A stretch of 64,000 nt of DNA from Obrimoposthia wandeli (Eukaryota): the NCBI GenBank assembly GCA_977020255.1, contig CDROCS010000876.1, forward strand, positions 62,001 to 126,000, written 5' to 3'. Positions within the stretch are counted from its first letter, which is position 1. The number at the start of each line of letters is the position of its first letter. The notes under the pieces are model-generated. The model was given only the letters and a program-made list of their open reading frames with translations, did no database searches and was not told where the DNA came from. Made by a program: the position numbers and the translations under genes. Positions 13,023 through 24,233 of this stretch are shown one piece after another.

Positions 13023-13842
13023 TCCGTGAAAAACAGTCAGCCACTATGTTTTCTGCACCAGCTATGTGACGTATGTCAATGTCAAACTCTGATAAGTAGC
13101 TGATGTAGCGCTGTTGTTTGGGAGATGGGTTTTTCATAGTGAGTGCATGTATCAAAGGTTTATGATCAGTGTAGATTATCACATGCCTTCCAATAATAAG
13201 ATGTTCGAAATGCTTTACAGAAAGGTATATTCCTAACAATTCTCGATCGAATGCGGAATACCTGGTTTGTGCAACCGAAAGTTTACGAGAAAAGAATTCA
13301 AGAGGTTCAGAAATGTCTTGTCTGATTTGTGCAAGCATCGCACCTATAGCGACATTAGAAGCGTCGGTGGTAAGTGTAAGAGGAAGATCCTTGTCCGGGA
13401 ATTTAAGTGTTGTAACTTCAACTAACTCTTCCTTTATTTGTAAAAATGCGTTGTTAGCATTATCAGGCCACTGTATATTTGCACGCTTCTTGCCAGTGGA
13501 AAGTGTAGTTAAGGTTGCAAGTTTGCCAGATAGATTTGGTAAAAATCTACGGCAGAAATTGATCATTCCCAAGAAGCTGCGTAGTTCAGTAGTAGTAGAT
13601 GGTTTAGGGAAGTTCCTTATTGCAGAAAGTCGACTTGGTAATGGTTGAATACCATGGGATGAAATATTGTATCCTAAAAATTCTACATCTGAAGCAAAAA
13701 AGTTACATTTAGCCATTTTAATCTGTAGATTGTGCTCATTTAGTCGCGAGAGTGTTGCTTCAAGGTGAACTTTATGTACCTCAGCGTTAGGCGATGCAAT
13801 GATGATATCATCAATATATGCCGTTGAATGTGGTAAATTTTT
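12898..13842 (-). CDS. Reverse transcriptase C-terminal half plus RNase H (frame extends upstream of the listed ORF start)
   Basis: YIDD at 13807-13818 is in the frame of ORF 12898..13716. FLGY; RNase H motifs TDASNVAIGAML, YSAFDRELL, TDHKPL. Confidence 0.95.
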   Translation of the reverse strand, partial: KNLPHSTAYIDDIIIASPNAEVHKVHLEATLSRLNEHNLQIKMAKCNFFASDVEFLGYNISSHGIQPLPSRLSAIRNFPKPSTTTELRSFLGMINFCRRFLPNLSGKLATLTTLSTGKKRANIQWPDNANNAFLQIKEELVEVTTLKFPDKDLPLTLTTDASNVAIGAMLAQIRQDISEPLEFFSRKLSVAQTRYSAFDRELLGIYLSVKHFEHLIIGRHVIIYTDHKPLIHALTMKNPSPKQQRYISYLSEFDIDIRHIAGAENIVADCFSRIEIDSIDFEPMLSQDVLVENPPSPGDRIISDTAYLEKWYLL

Positions 13843-14830
13843 ACAGGACCCTGTCTATATGCCGTTGAAACGTTTGGGACGCTTTGCGAAGTCCAAATGG
13901 CATTCGAAGATATTCGAATAGTCCAAATGGAGTGGTGACAGCTGTTTTCTCTATCGACGAACTTTCCATCGGAATTTGATGATATGCTTTCGCTAAATCA
14001 ATGGACGAAAATACTGTGCATTTGTTAAAGCGTTGAATGATATCGCTGATTAGAGGCATTGGATATGAATCAGGGATAGTGACTTTGTTTACACCACGAT
14101 AATCGCCACATATGCGCAAAGTACCATCTTTCTTGTGGACAATTTGTAGTGGAGAAGCCCATGGAGAAGATGAACGTCTGATGATCTCATCTTTTTCAAG
14201 TTGTAAGAATTGCTCTTCACATAGCAGTCTTCTTTCTTGGGACAATTCACGTCGACGTTGGCGGACAGGTGCGCATTGTGAGGTAATAATGTGATGTTCA
14301 GACTCCACAGAGCTTTGTATGTCTGTAGTTCGATGAATAAGTCTAGGAAAATGTTCCGTAATGTAAGCAGTAGAATTTTGGGCAGTTAATTTGTTAAGCA
14401 TATTGATTTCGATGTTCGGCAGAGGAATTGCATGTGCTGTCGGGTGGAGTACGCATTGGTTATGACAGTCGACTAGTAGACGATAATGAGAGAAAAAGTC
14501 GGATCCTAAAATTGGACGAGTTACGTTGGCAATGGTAAATGTCCAACTAAATGATGTGGATATATCTTGAAGACTAAATTGAAGTGTAGTAGTTCCATAA
14601 GTATGAACGGTGGTACCATTTGCAGCAACTAATATTCTGTCGGTCATACGGAATGTAGGATATAAGGACATAGGTAGTACCGAAATGGCTGAACCTGTAT
14701 CGATGAGAAATTCTAAGCTATTGATATTGGAGTCTGTTAAAGTAGCATGGGAAGTAAAAATGCCGCATGATAAGTCACCTTGCGAGTTTGCGGTCGTAAC
14801 CGAAGGTGATACTAGTTTTTGAGGAAATAT
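13841..14830 (-). CDS. Aspartic protease plus RT N-terminal half
   Basis: FLIDTGS protease motif; ILGSDF; SPWASPL, RICGDYR, DLAKAYHQI, RMPFGL RT motifs. Ends at a 1-nt frameshift near 13843. Confidence 0.95.
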   Translation of the reverse strand: MFPQKLVSPSVTTANSQGDLSCGIFTSHATLTDSNINSLEFLIDTGSAISVLPMSLYPTFRMTDRILVAANGTTVHTYGTTTLQFSLQDISTSFSWTFTIANVTRPILGSDFFSHYRLLVDCHNQCVLHPTAHAIPLPNIEINMLNKLTAQNSTAYITEHFPRLIHRTTDIQSSVESEHHIITSQCAPVRQRRRELSQERRLLCEEQFLQLEKDEIIRRSSSPWASPLQIVHKKDGTLRICGDYRGVNKVTIPDSYPMPLISDIIQRFNKCTVFSSIDLAKAYHQIPMESSSIEKTAVTTPFGLFEYLRMPFGLRKASQTFQRHIDRVL

Positions 14831-16154
14831 AATTATCTGTTTGGAACTTACAACCTGGATAACATTTCTTAGCGTCAATTCTATATTTTGCGTGATAGAT
14901 GCACGTGTCTAAAATGAAAAGTTTATCTGACTTATGACTCCAACCACAGCCTAAGTTACATTTCCTAGCATCATTTCCAAACTTATAATGGAAATAACAT
15001 AAAGTAGGATCTCTAGAAGCGCTACGTGAACGTTGCGGAGATCGTGAACGATGTGAAGTCATTTCAGTTTCCAAACGTGATACCTTATCTGCTAATGCCG
15101 AAATAACACTGGTAAGAGTATCTAATGCTTGTGGTTCTGCGATGTCACTCTTTATTGCAAATACTGGTTTCGTAGGCTCTAAATTCGTGACGATGCGATC
15201 TGCCAAGTTTGCAAGAATTTTGATATCACCTACCATCTCATTACCAGCAAGAATTGCTTGTGCCATTTTTGGCAGTGCCTGAATGAACAATTTGCGCAAC
15301 AAATTATTGTTTTCTTTGGTTATGCCGGGATGTAACGTTTCTAAATCAGAGATTGCAGTGTTAAGGAATGCAGAAGGAGATTTTGCACCAAGTGATTGTG
15401 AACCGAAATATTTAATAAATACTGAATCAAATGAGGGTTTATATTTAAATTCTATAAGTCGTTTCAGTTCAGTAAAAGGTTCCTTATTTTCAAAAACGTC
15501 TGACAAAGACATAGAAATACTCTGTAGTACTTCAACGGTGAGTAAGGGTAAAGTGCGATGTACTTTCGACATCTGATTTGTGACGTTCAGCGCCGTAAAT
15601 CGAGATTCTAGTATTGAAAACCAACACGAAGGAGAACCGTTTGAATCTAGAAAAAAACTTAAGGCGGTGTCACCAAGTGACAAGGCATTAGTATCATCAC
15701 CTCCTATAAGTTTTTGATGAATGATAACTTCAGTTACCAAACCAGTTCTATAGTCACCAAGTGTTAATGATGATCGTAGTGGTTTAGGACCTACTGACAA
15801 CCAAACGGCACCATAAGTGGGCAGAAAGAACCTAACTACTGCATCAATGCGGGTAAGTGACGAAAATTTGGTGGTGATGTTACCAAAATCCTCATGTTTA
15901 AAGAAAAATTCCGAGGACGTACTAACAGTGTCCGGTGACCTAACCTTATCATTACTTTCACAAAGTATGTTTGGTGATGTAAATACATTTACCGAAAAGT
16001 TATTTTTAATTTTATATTTAAAAGATTTGAAAATTAAATTTGGTGATGTAAGTACATCTACCAAAAAGTTATTTTTAACTTTATTTTTAAATGATTTGAA
16101 ATTATCTATGATAAATGATAGTTTTAAAAAATTACAAAAACAAAAATTAACAAA
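14775..16154 (-). CDS. Gag (no in-frame ATG upstream of the conserved N-terminal motif)
   Basis: SPSCWFSILESRF motif; PSAFL...LRKLFIQALP; two C-terminal CxxHxxxxxxAxKCxxGC knuckles. Frame is open from 16154 by my translation. Confidence 0.85.
   Translation of the reverse strand, partial: FVNFCFCNFLKLSFIIDNFKSFKNKVKNNFLVDVLTSPNLIFKSFKYKIKNNFSVNVFTSPNILCESNDKVRSPDTVSTSSEFFFKHEDFGNITTKFSSLTRIDAVVRFFLPTYGAVWLSVGPKPLRSSLTLGDYRTGLVTEVIIHQKLIGGDDTNALSLGDTALSFFLDSNGSPSCWFSILESRFTALNVTNQMSKVHRTLPLLTVEVLQSISMSLSDVFENKEPFTELKRLIEFKYKPSFDSVFIKYFGSQSLGAKSPSAFLNTAISDLETLHPGITKENNNLLRKLFIQALPKMAQAILAGNEMVGDIKILANLADRIVTNLEPTKPVFAIKSDIAEPQALDTLTSVISALADKVSRLETEMTSHRSRSPQRSRSASRDPTLCYFHYKFGNDARKCNLGCGWSHKSDKLFILDTCIYHAKYRIDAKKCYPGCKFQTDNYISSKTSITFGYDRKLAR
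15970..16105. repeat. Two-copy ~69-bp tandem repeat with an internal palindrome
   Basis: tttggtgatgtaaatacatttaccgaaaagttatttttaa... is repeated at 16039. Each unit opens with an imperfect inverted repeat. Confidence 0.8.
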
Positions 16155-16264
16155 TTAAAACAAACCCTTTTACTCCATTTTGTTTTCAAAATTAATTAAA
16201 AACGAAATAAAATAAAACGGTTTGTTGAGGTATTTAAGTAACTACAAAACATGAATTCACTACA
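16124..16264 (-). repeat. Truncated 5' LTR
   Basis: Matches 11445-11635 apart from a 49-bp and a 1-bp gap. Lacks the segment equal to 11288-11444. No PBS seen next to it. Confidence 0.85.
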
Positions 16265-16597
16265 GTATGTTATCAGGTACCAGTTAGAATTACAAATTGA
16301 AAACGTTCCTATTTCAGATGTTTTATGATGGGAAATAATTTAAAATAAGTAAACAGATTTAAACTCTTTTGAATAGATTTTATCACTAAGATTCCAAAGC
16401 TATATTAATTATTATGTTTATCTTTACTAAATAAAAGAATTATATTCTTTCTTTTACTACTTTTTTACCTTCCAAGAAAATCACAACAAAGCGAAAAATA
16501 TGATATAGTTAAAAATTTATTTAACTAATTATAATGATAATATTTGAATCGTAAAATGGTTACAGTTTTTTGAAAAACGGAAAGTTTATGAGAACGT

Positions 16598-17100
16598 TCA
16601 GATGGTATTTACGATCCTCAGACTTTTAAATAATCTTTGATATAAACGTCTGAAAGAAGAACAATTTTTAAAAATTCGAAAGTGTTCATTCAAGAATAAA
16701 TTATCTTTTAATCCGACAACAAGTTGATCCAGTGTTGCTTCCCCGTACTCATCCGTCCTCAACTCTAGACTGTGATGCACAGTAATGGCTTTTGTTTCGC
16801 TTCTATTGCCATCAGAAGACTGTCTCCAGATTGCAGTGATGTGTCTTGCCAATTTTTAGTCTTAATTAATATTCATTATCTTTCCCAAGATTTGCTCTGT
16901 TCGAGGCGCAACGATTCTGCCCCCTTTCGCAGTCGTGCCTCTCGCTCTCACTCTCAATTGCTGGCTTCTGCTGTTTCTGCTGCCATTCCTTCTGTCTCTT
17001 TGTCTTTACATTTCTCTCCAGCTCGCTCCTTCTTGTGTGATCTTTCAGAGCTTCCGTAGGCAGCAGCAGCAGCAGTAGCTGCTACAAAAATGGCTGTGGA
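16598..17100 (-). pseudogene. Decayed retrotransposon gag-like fragment
   Basis: Broken coiled-coil-like frame (EREARLRK) followed by DEYGEATLDQLVVGLKD, resembling the gag motif CxFG...DQLxxGLxD. Confidence 0.4.
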
Positions 17101-17396
17101 TAATGTTTTCGTGTCACAGCATCAGGGATTTCAGGTCAGCGTTGTCGGCTTTAAATATTTAATTATTGAATGTCTGATGTCGGTTTGATTATGTTGTTGT
17201 TGTGGTTGCTGCTATTTTATTAACGTTCTCCGAATATCGAATCTAACGATCAATTGATTCTTATATACAGTCGTTTTCTTGAATTTTTGAGAATTTTCTT
17301 TCCAGTATTTAGTCTTCCTGCAATATGGTCTGGGAAAATGCTCTTTCTATCCGAGGATGATTAAAACTAAATGTAACGATAAAAATATTTAATATA

Positions 17397-18375
17397 CAGT
17401 AATTATTCACCTATAAGGGGTCCCACCTATAAGGGTGTCCGGTCACCGGATTTAAGTCCTTGATTTTTTTTTAATCACAGAGAATATTCAACTCAATGAT
17501 CAATTTATTCATCATTTCCCCCCTCATTTTCACTCTCACTTTCAATTTCACTTTCTTCTTCATCAGAATCATCATTTTCATAATCGCTATCGCTATCACT
17601 TTGGTCTTCATCGTCACTTTCTCCGATTTGATAGTCTTCGAGCGCTTGGACTTTGATCAACGCATCCTCCGAACCATCAGAAGCATTGAGCATACCACAT
17701 TCAACGAATGCTTTCGTGATCTGCGCTAGACCATTCTCATTGAGAAATTCTTTCCAAGATTCGCTGAGCCAAGTTGCATACAGCAATCGTCTTTCCCTAG
17801 CGTTGATTTCGCCGTTGACCCAACCATCGTGGTTGTCATCGAAGTGCTTGTTATATTTCTTCTTCATTCGATCTTTTATTGCTTTCCCCAATCCTCGATC
17901 TGTCACAGTACATAGATCTGTGCAATCAGGAGGGGTATAAATTAACAAAGTATTTGAATCGCGGATCATTTTTTTAAATTCCGGAGAACATTGAGATCCA
18001 AGATTGTCAAGCAACAATCAAAACAAATGAAATCAACAAATACAGACAAAAAGTATCAAAGTTCAAAGCAAGAACCTTCTAAGAACGCAGAACAACGTTT
18101 GGCTAAAACACTTGCAAACCTGATCAAGAATAAATGTTTTTTAGCCGCACAAGAAATCGAGAAGGAAATTATCGAGTTGAAAACCACATATAAATGTATC
18201 TGAACATATGTAATTAATGTAAGTAAACATCTTTTCAGGATTTTAAGTTCTTGTTTGAATATTCGACTGTACTCTTACAGGTGAGACTTTTAAATAATGC
18301 ATCTATAAGTGATTCGGTGTAGGTCTCTCTCAAAAACATGTTTTAATGAATACCCTTACAGGTGAATAATTACTG
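17397..18375 (-). mobile_element. pogo-superfamily DNA transposon, 979-bp internal deletion derivative with intact TIRs
   Basis: TIR CAGTAATTATTCACCT(A/G)TAAGGG at both ends (1 mismatch in 23). TA duplication at 17395-96 and 18376-77. Subterminal CACCT(A/G)TAAG repeats. ORF 17505..18017 is a DDE_1-type C-terminus (LLDN...35 aa...VTD, acidic tail). Confidence 0.9.
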
Positions 18376-21300
18376 TAGCACTAATATCTGATAAATCTAG
18401 GGTTTATTACTCAAAAACGCTTCGGCATTTTCAGTTTTCTTTAGTAAAGTCTTCAATCTTAAATTCATCGGTAGACTGTTGTAAAAATTCGGAGGATAAA
18501 TTTCAAATAATCAATCACTCTGTTTGCTATTTGAAATTTTTTAAATCCGCTATTATTATTGTTCTAGAAGATCATATAACTATTTGAGCTTTTGTGAGAG
18601 AATACATTTTTGATAATAATTAGAATCCTGCATTCAATTCTGGTATTGATCAACAGCCAATGGAGCTTCATTAAATGTTCACTTGTACTATCACTTTTCT
18701 TTAATTGGACTTTATTTCCGACGTCATTGTTTAAAATTTTTTTGCAAGCAATATAATTAAAAAGTTAAATTTCAAACTGTAAAGAATTTGAAAAATCAAG
18801 CCTTGGTGTAATAATTGCGTGCGTTGGCATAGTATTTATCTCAGTAGAAAGGTATTTTTTATTATATCAATCCTTATTATATGACCGTTGCATATTCTTA
18901 GCACTTTATTAAGTTTACAATTCATTGCAATGTTTTCATCGGGGATGCAACAAATTTTTTTTCTCTTACTTTTTCAATTAAAAATATTTATTTATTTTTA
19001 GATAAAGATAATATGAAGTCAGTTTTATTTTCAGCAATCTCTACCACTAAATTGAACATCAGTCAATTTCAGTTAGAAATATTTTGACACTAACAGGATA
19101 TCACTACTGGAATTTGTCTGCAAGCAAGCACACACACACTTTCTAATGTAACCACTTCCTCCTCAAAAAACTCGTGTTTGTGTAAGTTCTATATTAAATT
19201 TCATGTTGGAACCATTAATTTTTGACCAAACAATGAATTCAATAAATTATCTTGGAATGCTTTAGGATCACACCACGCCACATTTGGGTCAAGGAAGAAA
19301 ATTATCACCAAGACGTTTTTATGCAAAATGTTGTCCCTACACAAAACGTTATCTTTCGCGGTTGTGATATACTTTGTGATATAATTCTCTCTATTTCTGG
19401 TTCTGAGGTGCTCTCGCGAGATCTTCGAAAGAGTGATAGTAAAGTGTCGTCGCTTCACAATTGATGAAAGTGAAGCAGCCATTTAACATTTTCTTCCCGT
19501 CAGGATCTTCTTGAAGAAGTAGAAGGTGAATAATTTAAAAGCCTTTAACTCATTTGAATTCTTATTTTTAGGATTTTTGTAATACGTCCATTGTTTATTG
19601 TATCAGTATGGGATAACTACAGATATTGTTATTGGTATTTATTTTGCAGTCATCTTTTTCTTTATGACTTGGGACCCACTTCGTGATAACACTCAGAACA
19701 GCGTTTCGTTAGGTTCTTCTGATTGAAAATTGGATTAGAGGAGACAGACAAACATTTGATGATTTACAAATTGACTTTTCTCGACCATTTGTTGAGATTC
19801 GAACGTGGTGTGGGCCTTTATTAACGACTCTGTGGCTTTTAACCCTATAAAAACTAATAAAAATGTCATCCAAATTTCCTATTTGTAGAAAATCGATTCC
19901 TGTTTTCTTATTTTCCAAAAAATCTCAAAAATAAGTCATTTGTGCTGCTCATTCATCGGAATGTTTAGGTCCTAAAAAATGCAGCTATGTTACCATTATG
20001 TTTGACATTTTTCTATTTGTTTGCAATCGTGTATGATTTACTTATTTCAGTCATTTGAAATTGAAAATTGAAAGTTTAATATGAATTTACAACAAAAAAA
20101 TTTCATATGTAATGAACTAAAATTTATTGCTGAGGGTTATTTATCAAATTAATTTACATTTGAATTATTTGATTTTTCCATGGATGTGAGATTTTTGGTA
20201 ATTGATATCCATCCTTTTCAATCGAATGAAGTGGATATACTCTATTTAGATAACGGACAGCAACATAAGCGGCCTTTCGTCCAGCCCACCAAGTGTTTCA
20301 AACGCAATGGATAAATACCCCATATTTTCTGTTCATGTGTTTTAATCAATAAATAATTTAAAAATTCATTAATTACAATAAATTAACTTTGGGTTATTTT
20401 TATTTAAGAGAAGACATCAAAAAATCTAAAAAATAATTAGCGTGTATTATGAATTTAGATAGTGAATATCCCGAGAACATCAAAACTCAAAGGGTGAATT
20501 ATCAGTTGAAATAGACCACATTTTGAGTCATTTTTTAAAATAAATAGAAATGTCTCCAAATTGAGTGCAGCTATCCGAACTCCCCTTTAACGGAATAGAG
20601 TATTACCCTAGATGTATAAAGTTGAAGTTCTATTCAAAATTTTGCTCTAAAAAGCACAACAAAGACATTGTATCAGGTTAACTATTTCAAGTAAAATTAC
20701 AGCTTTTATTTAAATTAGTCTTTCATTTTTCTATTTTGAATAATATTCTTTCTACAGTTATTTGTTCAGAATTTCAGTTTTTTATACAAAATTTCAGGCG
20801 GATTTTATATGTTTTGCATAATATTAGTTTTCATTCAGTTTAGGAATCAATTAAAAGTAAGCTTGTTTATGCATATAGAAGGTTTCTTTTATTTTCAAAC
20901 TTGTTTTCAAATTTGCGTGATACCAGGATATTCAACATAGAGTAATAAAACAAATAAATTTTGGTTTCATTGTAATTAAAAGTTATATGCCTGCTTCGTA
21001 ATTGTTAACTTTACCGCAAAATCCAGAAAAAATATGTGACCCTTTGCGAAAAGAAGTTGCTCTCCTCTGGTTTATATATTATAATTTGAGATAGACCAAA
21101 TTTCCACATATGACAATTATGTAAAAAGGGGAATTTTACTAAAAAACAGTTAAAGTAAAAACACTTTAAATTGAAAACGATTGATTTTCTAGATAACATT
21201 ATATGGAATAAGAGAGGACGATAATGACGATGACAAAGAGTGTGCTGATGATGATTACCTACTCGATCGCGGGAGGATTATTTTAATTATCTCCCACAGA

Positions 21301-21429
21301 AACCAGCTCAATTTGCGACTGAGAACATTGTCACTGACGCTGTAAATGTTAATGTCTGTTCCAATTGATATTAATACCCTTTTCCGTCGTCAGGTTCGAT
21401 AATGATGAAGAGCAAGAGGATCAGAGTAC

Positions 21430-21474
21430 GTGTGTGTGTGTGTGCGTGAGTTCGAGTGTGGACGCGTGTGTGTA

Positions 21475-21498
<24 letters not shown>
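21430..21498. repeat. Interrupted (GT)n microsatellite
   Basis: Directly visible. Confidence 0.95.
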
Positions 21499-21505
<7 letters not shown>

Positions 21506-24233
21506 CTGTTGGTGATGGACATTGCAGTCTTACGACGCTAGAAGCAGAGTGACAATGATGATGATGAAGATTACCAATGCGAGGAAGGCAATACTGACAG
21601 ATGTTTTGATAAATTAAGATTATCCCTACACACGCATTAGGACTAATTTATTACTTATTTTATTTTTTACGTAAAATGAGATTCGTAATCAGGTGGAAAA
21701 AAGTCATTTTTCTGTTGCAAATAGTTTTTTATGTACAAAAGTTCTCATTTATGACGTGTAATTGGTCATAGCTTTTAGATTAAAAGAAGTATGGAGAATA
21801 CTGAGAAGAACGATGTTTGAAATCGCGTTAATGATGAGTCGCATTCATCTGAGGAGGTTGACGCTTTAGAGCCAGCTAAAATTCTGACACAAAATTATAT
21901 AGAAACATAAATGTTAGATTACAAATTTTTACACATTAATATCCGTATTCTTAATTGAATAATTCCTACCATAAATTCCCGGGTAATGCCCACAGACACA
22001 ATCAATACCATTGTCAAACCACATAATTTTATATTACCCGCACCCGCAAAATTAGATATACTATTTTAAATTAAATTAGTATATAAATAATTAAGTATTA
22101 TATTTCAGATCAATTTTAAATCAATTTTTATTAAGCATAAACAAAAATTATATACGATTGAAAAGAAACTAAAATGTCGATGCTTATGGTAACAGAGCTA
22201 CTACAATATTTTATGATGTTAATGACAAAATTTTTAGAAAGTAGAGAAACAAAAAATATTTGCTAGATACTAAATTCTTCAAAAGGAGCACAACGAGGAA
22301 CTAAGCCAAAGTAGCCATATTTAGAAAGTGTGTCGAAAGTGTTGAGGTCCAATAAAGGACGAGTGGAGTTGATTATATAAATTAAAAGCCAAGGACATAT
22401 TAAAGGAAAAATAAATTAAATGAATTAAAATAGTTAAATAGAAACTCAAAAAGACACAGTTAAAAACTTTAAAAATAACTAAATTACCTACTGACCTTTT
22501 GCCGTTCAATTATTTTAGGTTTCCATAAAATCTCAAACGCCTAATAATTTAAAAATCAGATACCCAACCTCATTTCGATACCCCAACAACAGGATAAAGA
22601 CTTCGAATAAATGATTTGTTTGGTGAAAAAGACTACTTTTGATTTATTGACTGTAATAATTAGTTTGTTTGAAGTAATACAATATTTTAATCGTGTAGTA
22701 AACTAATTTTGAGTCATCTTGCATTAGGTTGTGAGTAGGTGGTTGTATGTGTTGTATTCCATCATCTCCCTCACTTCCTAGGACAGAGGGGTACATCTGT
22801 TCTTTAAAACCCTATTAAAGTGCATGGAGTAAAACTTCATGCATGTCAGTATGGAGTGACATTTTGTGCATGTGTGTGAATTTAAATCCGACCTCCAAGG
22901 ATAGGCCTAAGTACTCAAAAAGTAATTTAATGAAAACCACAGGAATCCAGATAGCTGGATTAACTTGTCGTAGACGAAGTTTTAGTTGATAATTTTGTAT
23001 GAATAAATGACAACAATTTTTATGTATTTTAAGATTAGACGAAGAGCTAAAACATGTAGATCAAGCTGATAAATTTTTAGAAGAAAAAAATAAAATACTG
23101 AAAAAAAAAAAATTTCAATATATTTATTAATTCAACACGACTAACAAATATTAAAAAAACAAATTAGCTCCACTCAAAGTCCAAAGAGGTTTTATTCTTT
23201 CATTGCCATCAGCATAGTATTCATTAAGCTGCATTAAAATATTCCATATTTCTCCATCTAAATGTGAAGCAATAAAAAATAAACAAAGTCATCTCTAAAA
23301 TACAAACTGGGATCCATTTCTATCTGAAAAGAATTTTCTTCATAAGCATAATCAAAATATTTTTAATTGATCGTTATCAGATGTTGTTAAAATTTCAATT
23401 TAATATTTATTTTCAACTTTTGATATTTTCACAGGATTCAAAACTTGTATATTTTGATGCATTTTTTAATATATTGCACGGTTTTCCTTTAAAATGTCTT
23501 TCTGGATAATAAAAAGTTCGTACATAACTCAGAGGAGGAAAATAAAAAAATGATGAAAAACAAGATACAAATATTATGAAACGAAATAAAATATATAAAA
23601 CTGATTACAATATGTTACTTGAATATATAGAGAAATATACAAATAAAAGAAACATAGTAAGAATAAAGTTACATAGAAGGAAAGAAAAGTCAAAATAGGT
23701 GAATATGAGCACGTTCAATTTTTCACATGTGTATCTTTGTTCCAATTTCATCTTTCTTGTAACAATAAAGTCGAATTGTTACAGTCCATAAAACCTGAAT
23801 ATTTTCACGCACTCAGATATTTGAAGTTTACACCTCGAAATGTATTTTCCAGTGGTAAAGTAATGATATTTTGGAATTGAGAAATTTGGAATATCATACA
23901 CCATTGAATTGATTTTGGAAGATTTCTTTTACATTTTAAAAATATTTTCTATCAACTTTAAGCAAATCCGTTTAAATGAATAATTTCTTTCAATTGGATA
24001 ATACTTTAAACACTGATACTGAGGTGTAACGTTTTGATGACAATTTTTTTCTGGAAAATTAAGGGAAAACAAATTTTGTTTGAATTATAATATACTTAGA
24101 GATAATATTGAGATATTGGTTAGATCATATATTATTAGAGAATATTCATTAGTAATCTTTTGTATTTCATCAACAGTAGTTCTGGCATTATAAATGATGA
24201 TATAAATAATATTAAATGGAAAGAGTAGATATA

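Larger units (their letters stand above)
11288..16264 (-). mobile_element. Near-complete Ty3/gypsy LTR retrotransposon (gag, PR, RT, RNase H, IN), antisense in intron
   Basis: Termini TGTAGTG...CACTACA. 5-bp target duplication GTATG at 11283-11287 and 16265-16269. Direct repeat 11445-11635 / 16124-16264. Domain order PR-RT-RH-IN is gypsy-type. Confidence 0.95.

Noticed and set aside
11779-16158. + strand ORFs inside the gypsy element
   Set aside because: Antisense shadows of gag and pol with no independent signal.
19200-20050. Moderately GC-richer tract with broken - strand frames, suggestive of an old transposase
   Set aside because: No diagnostic motif or termini; not assignable.
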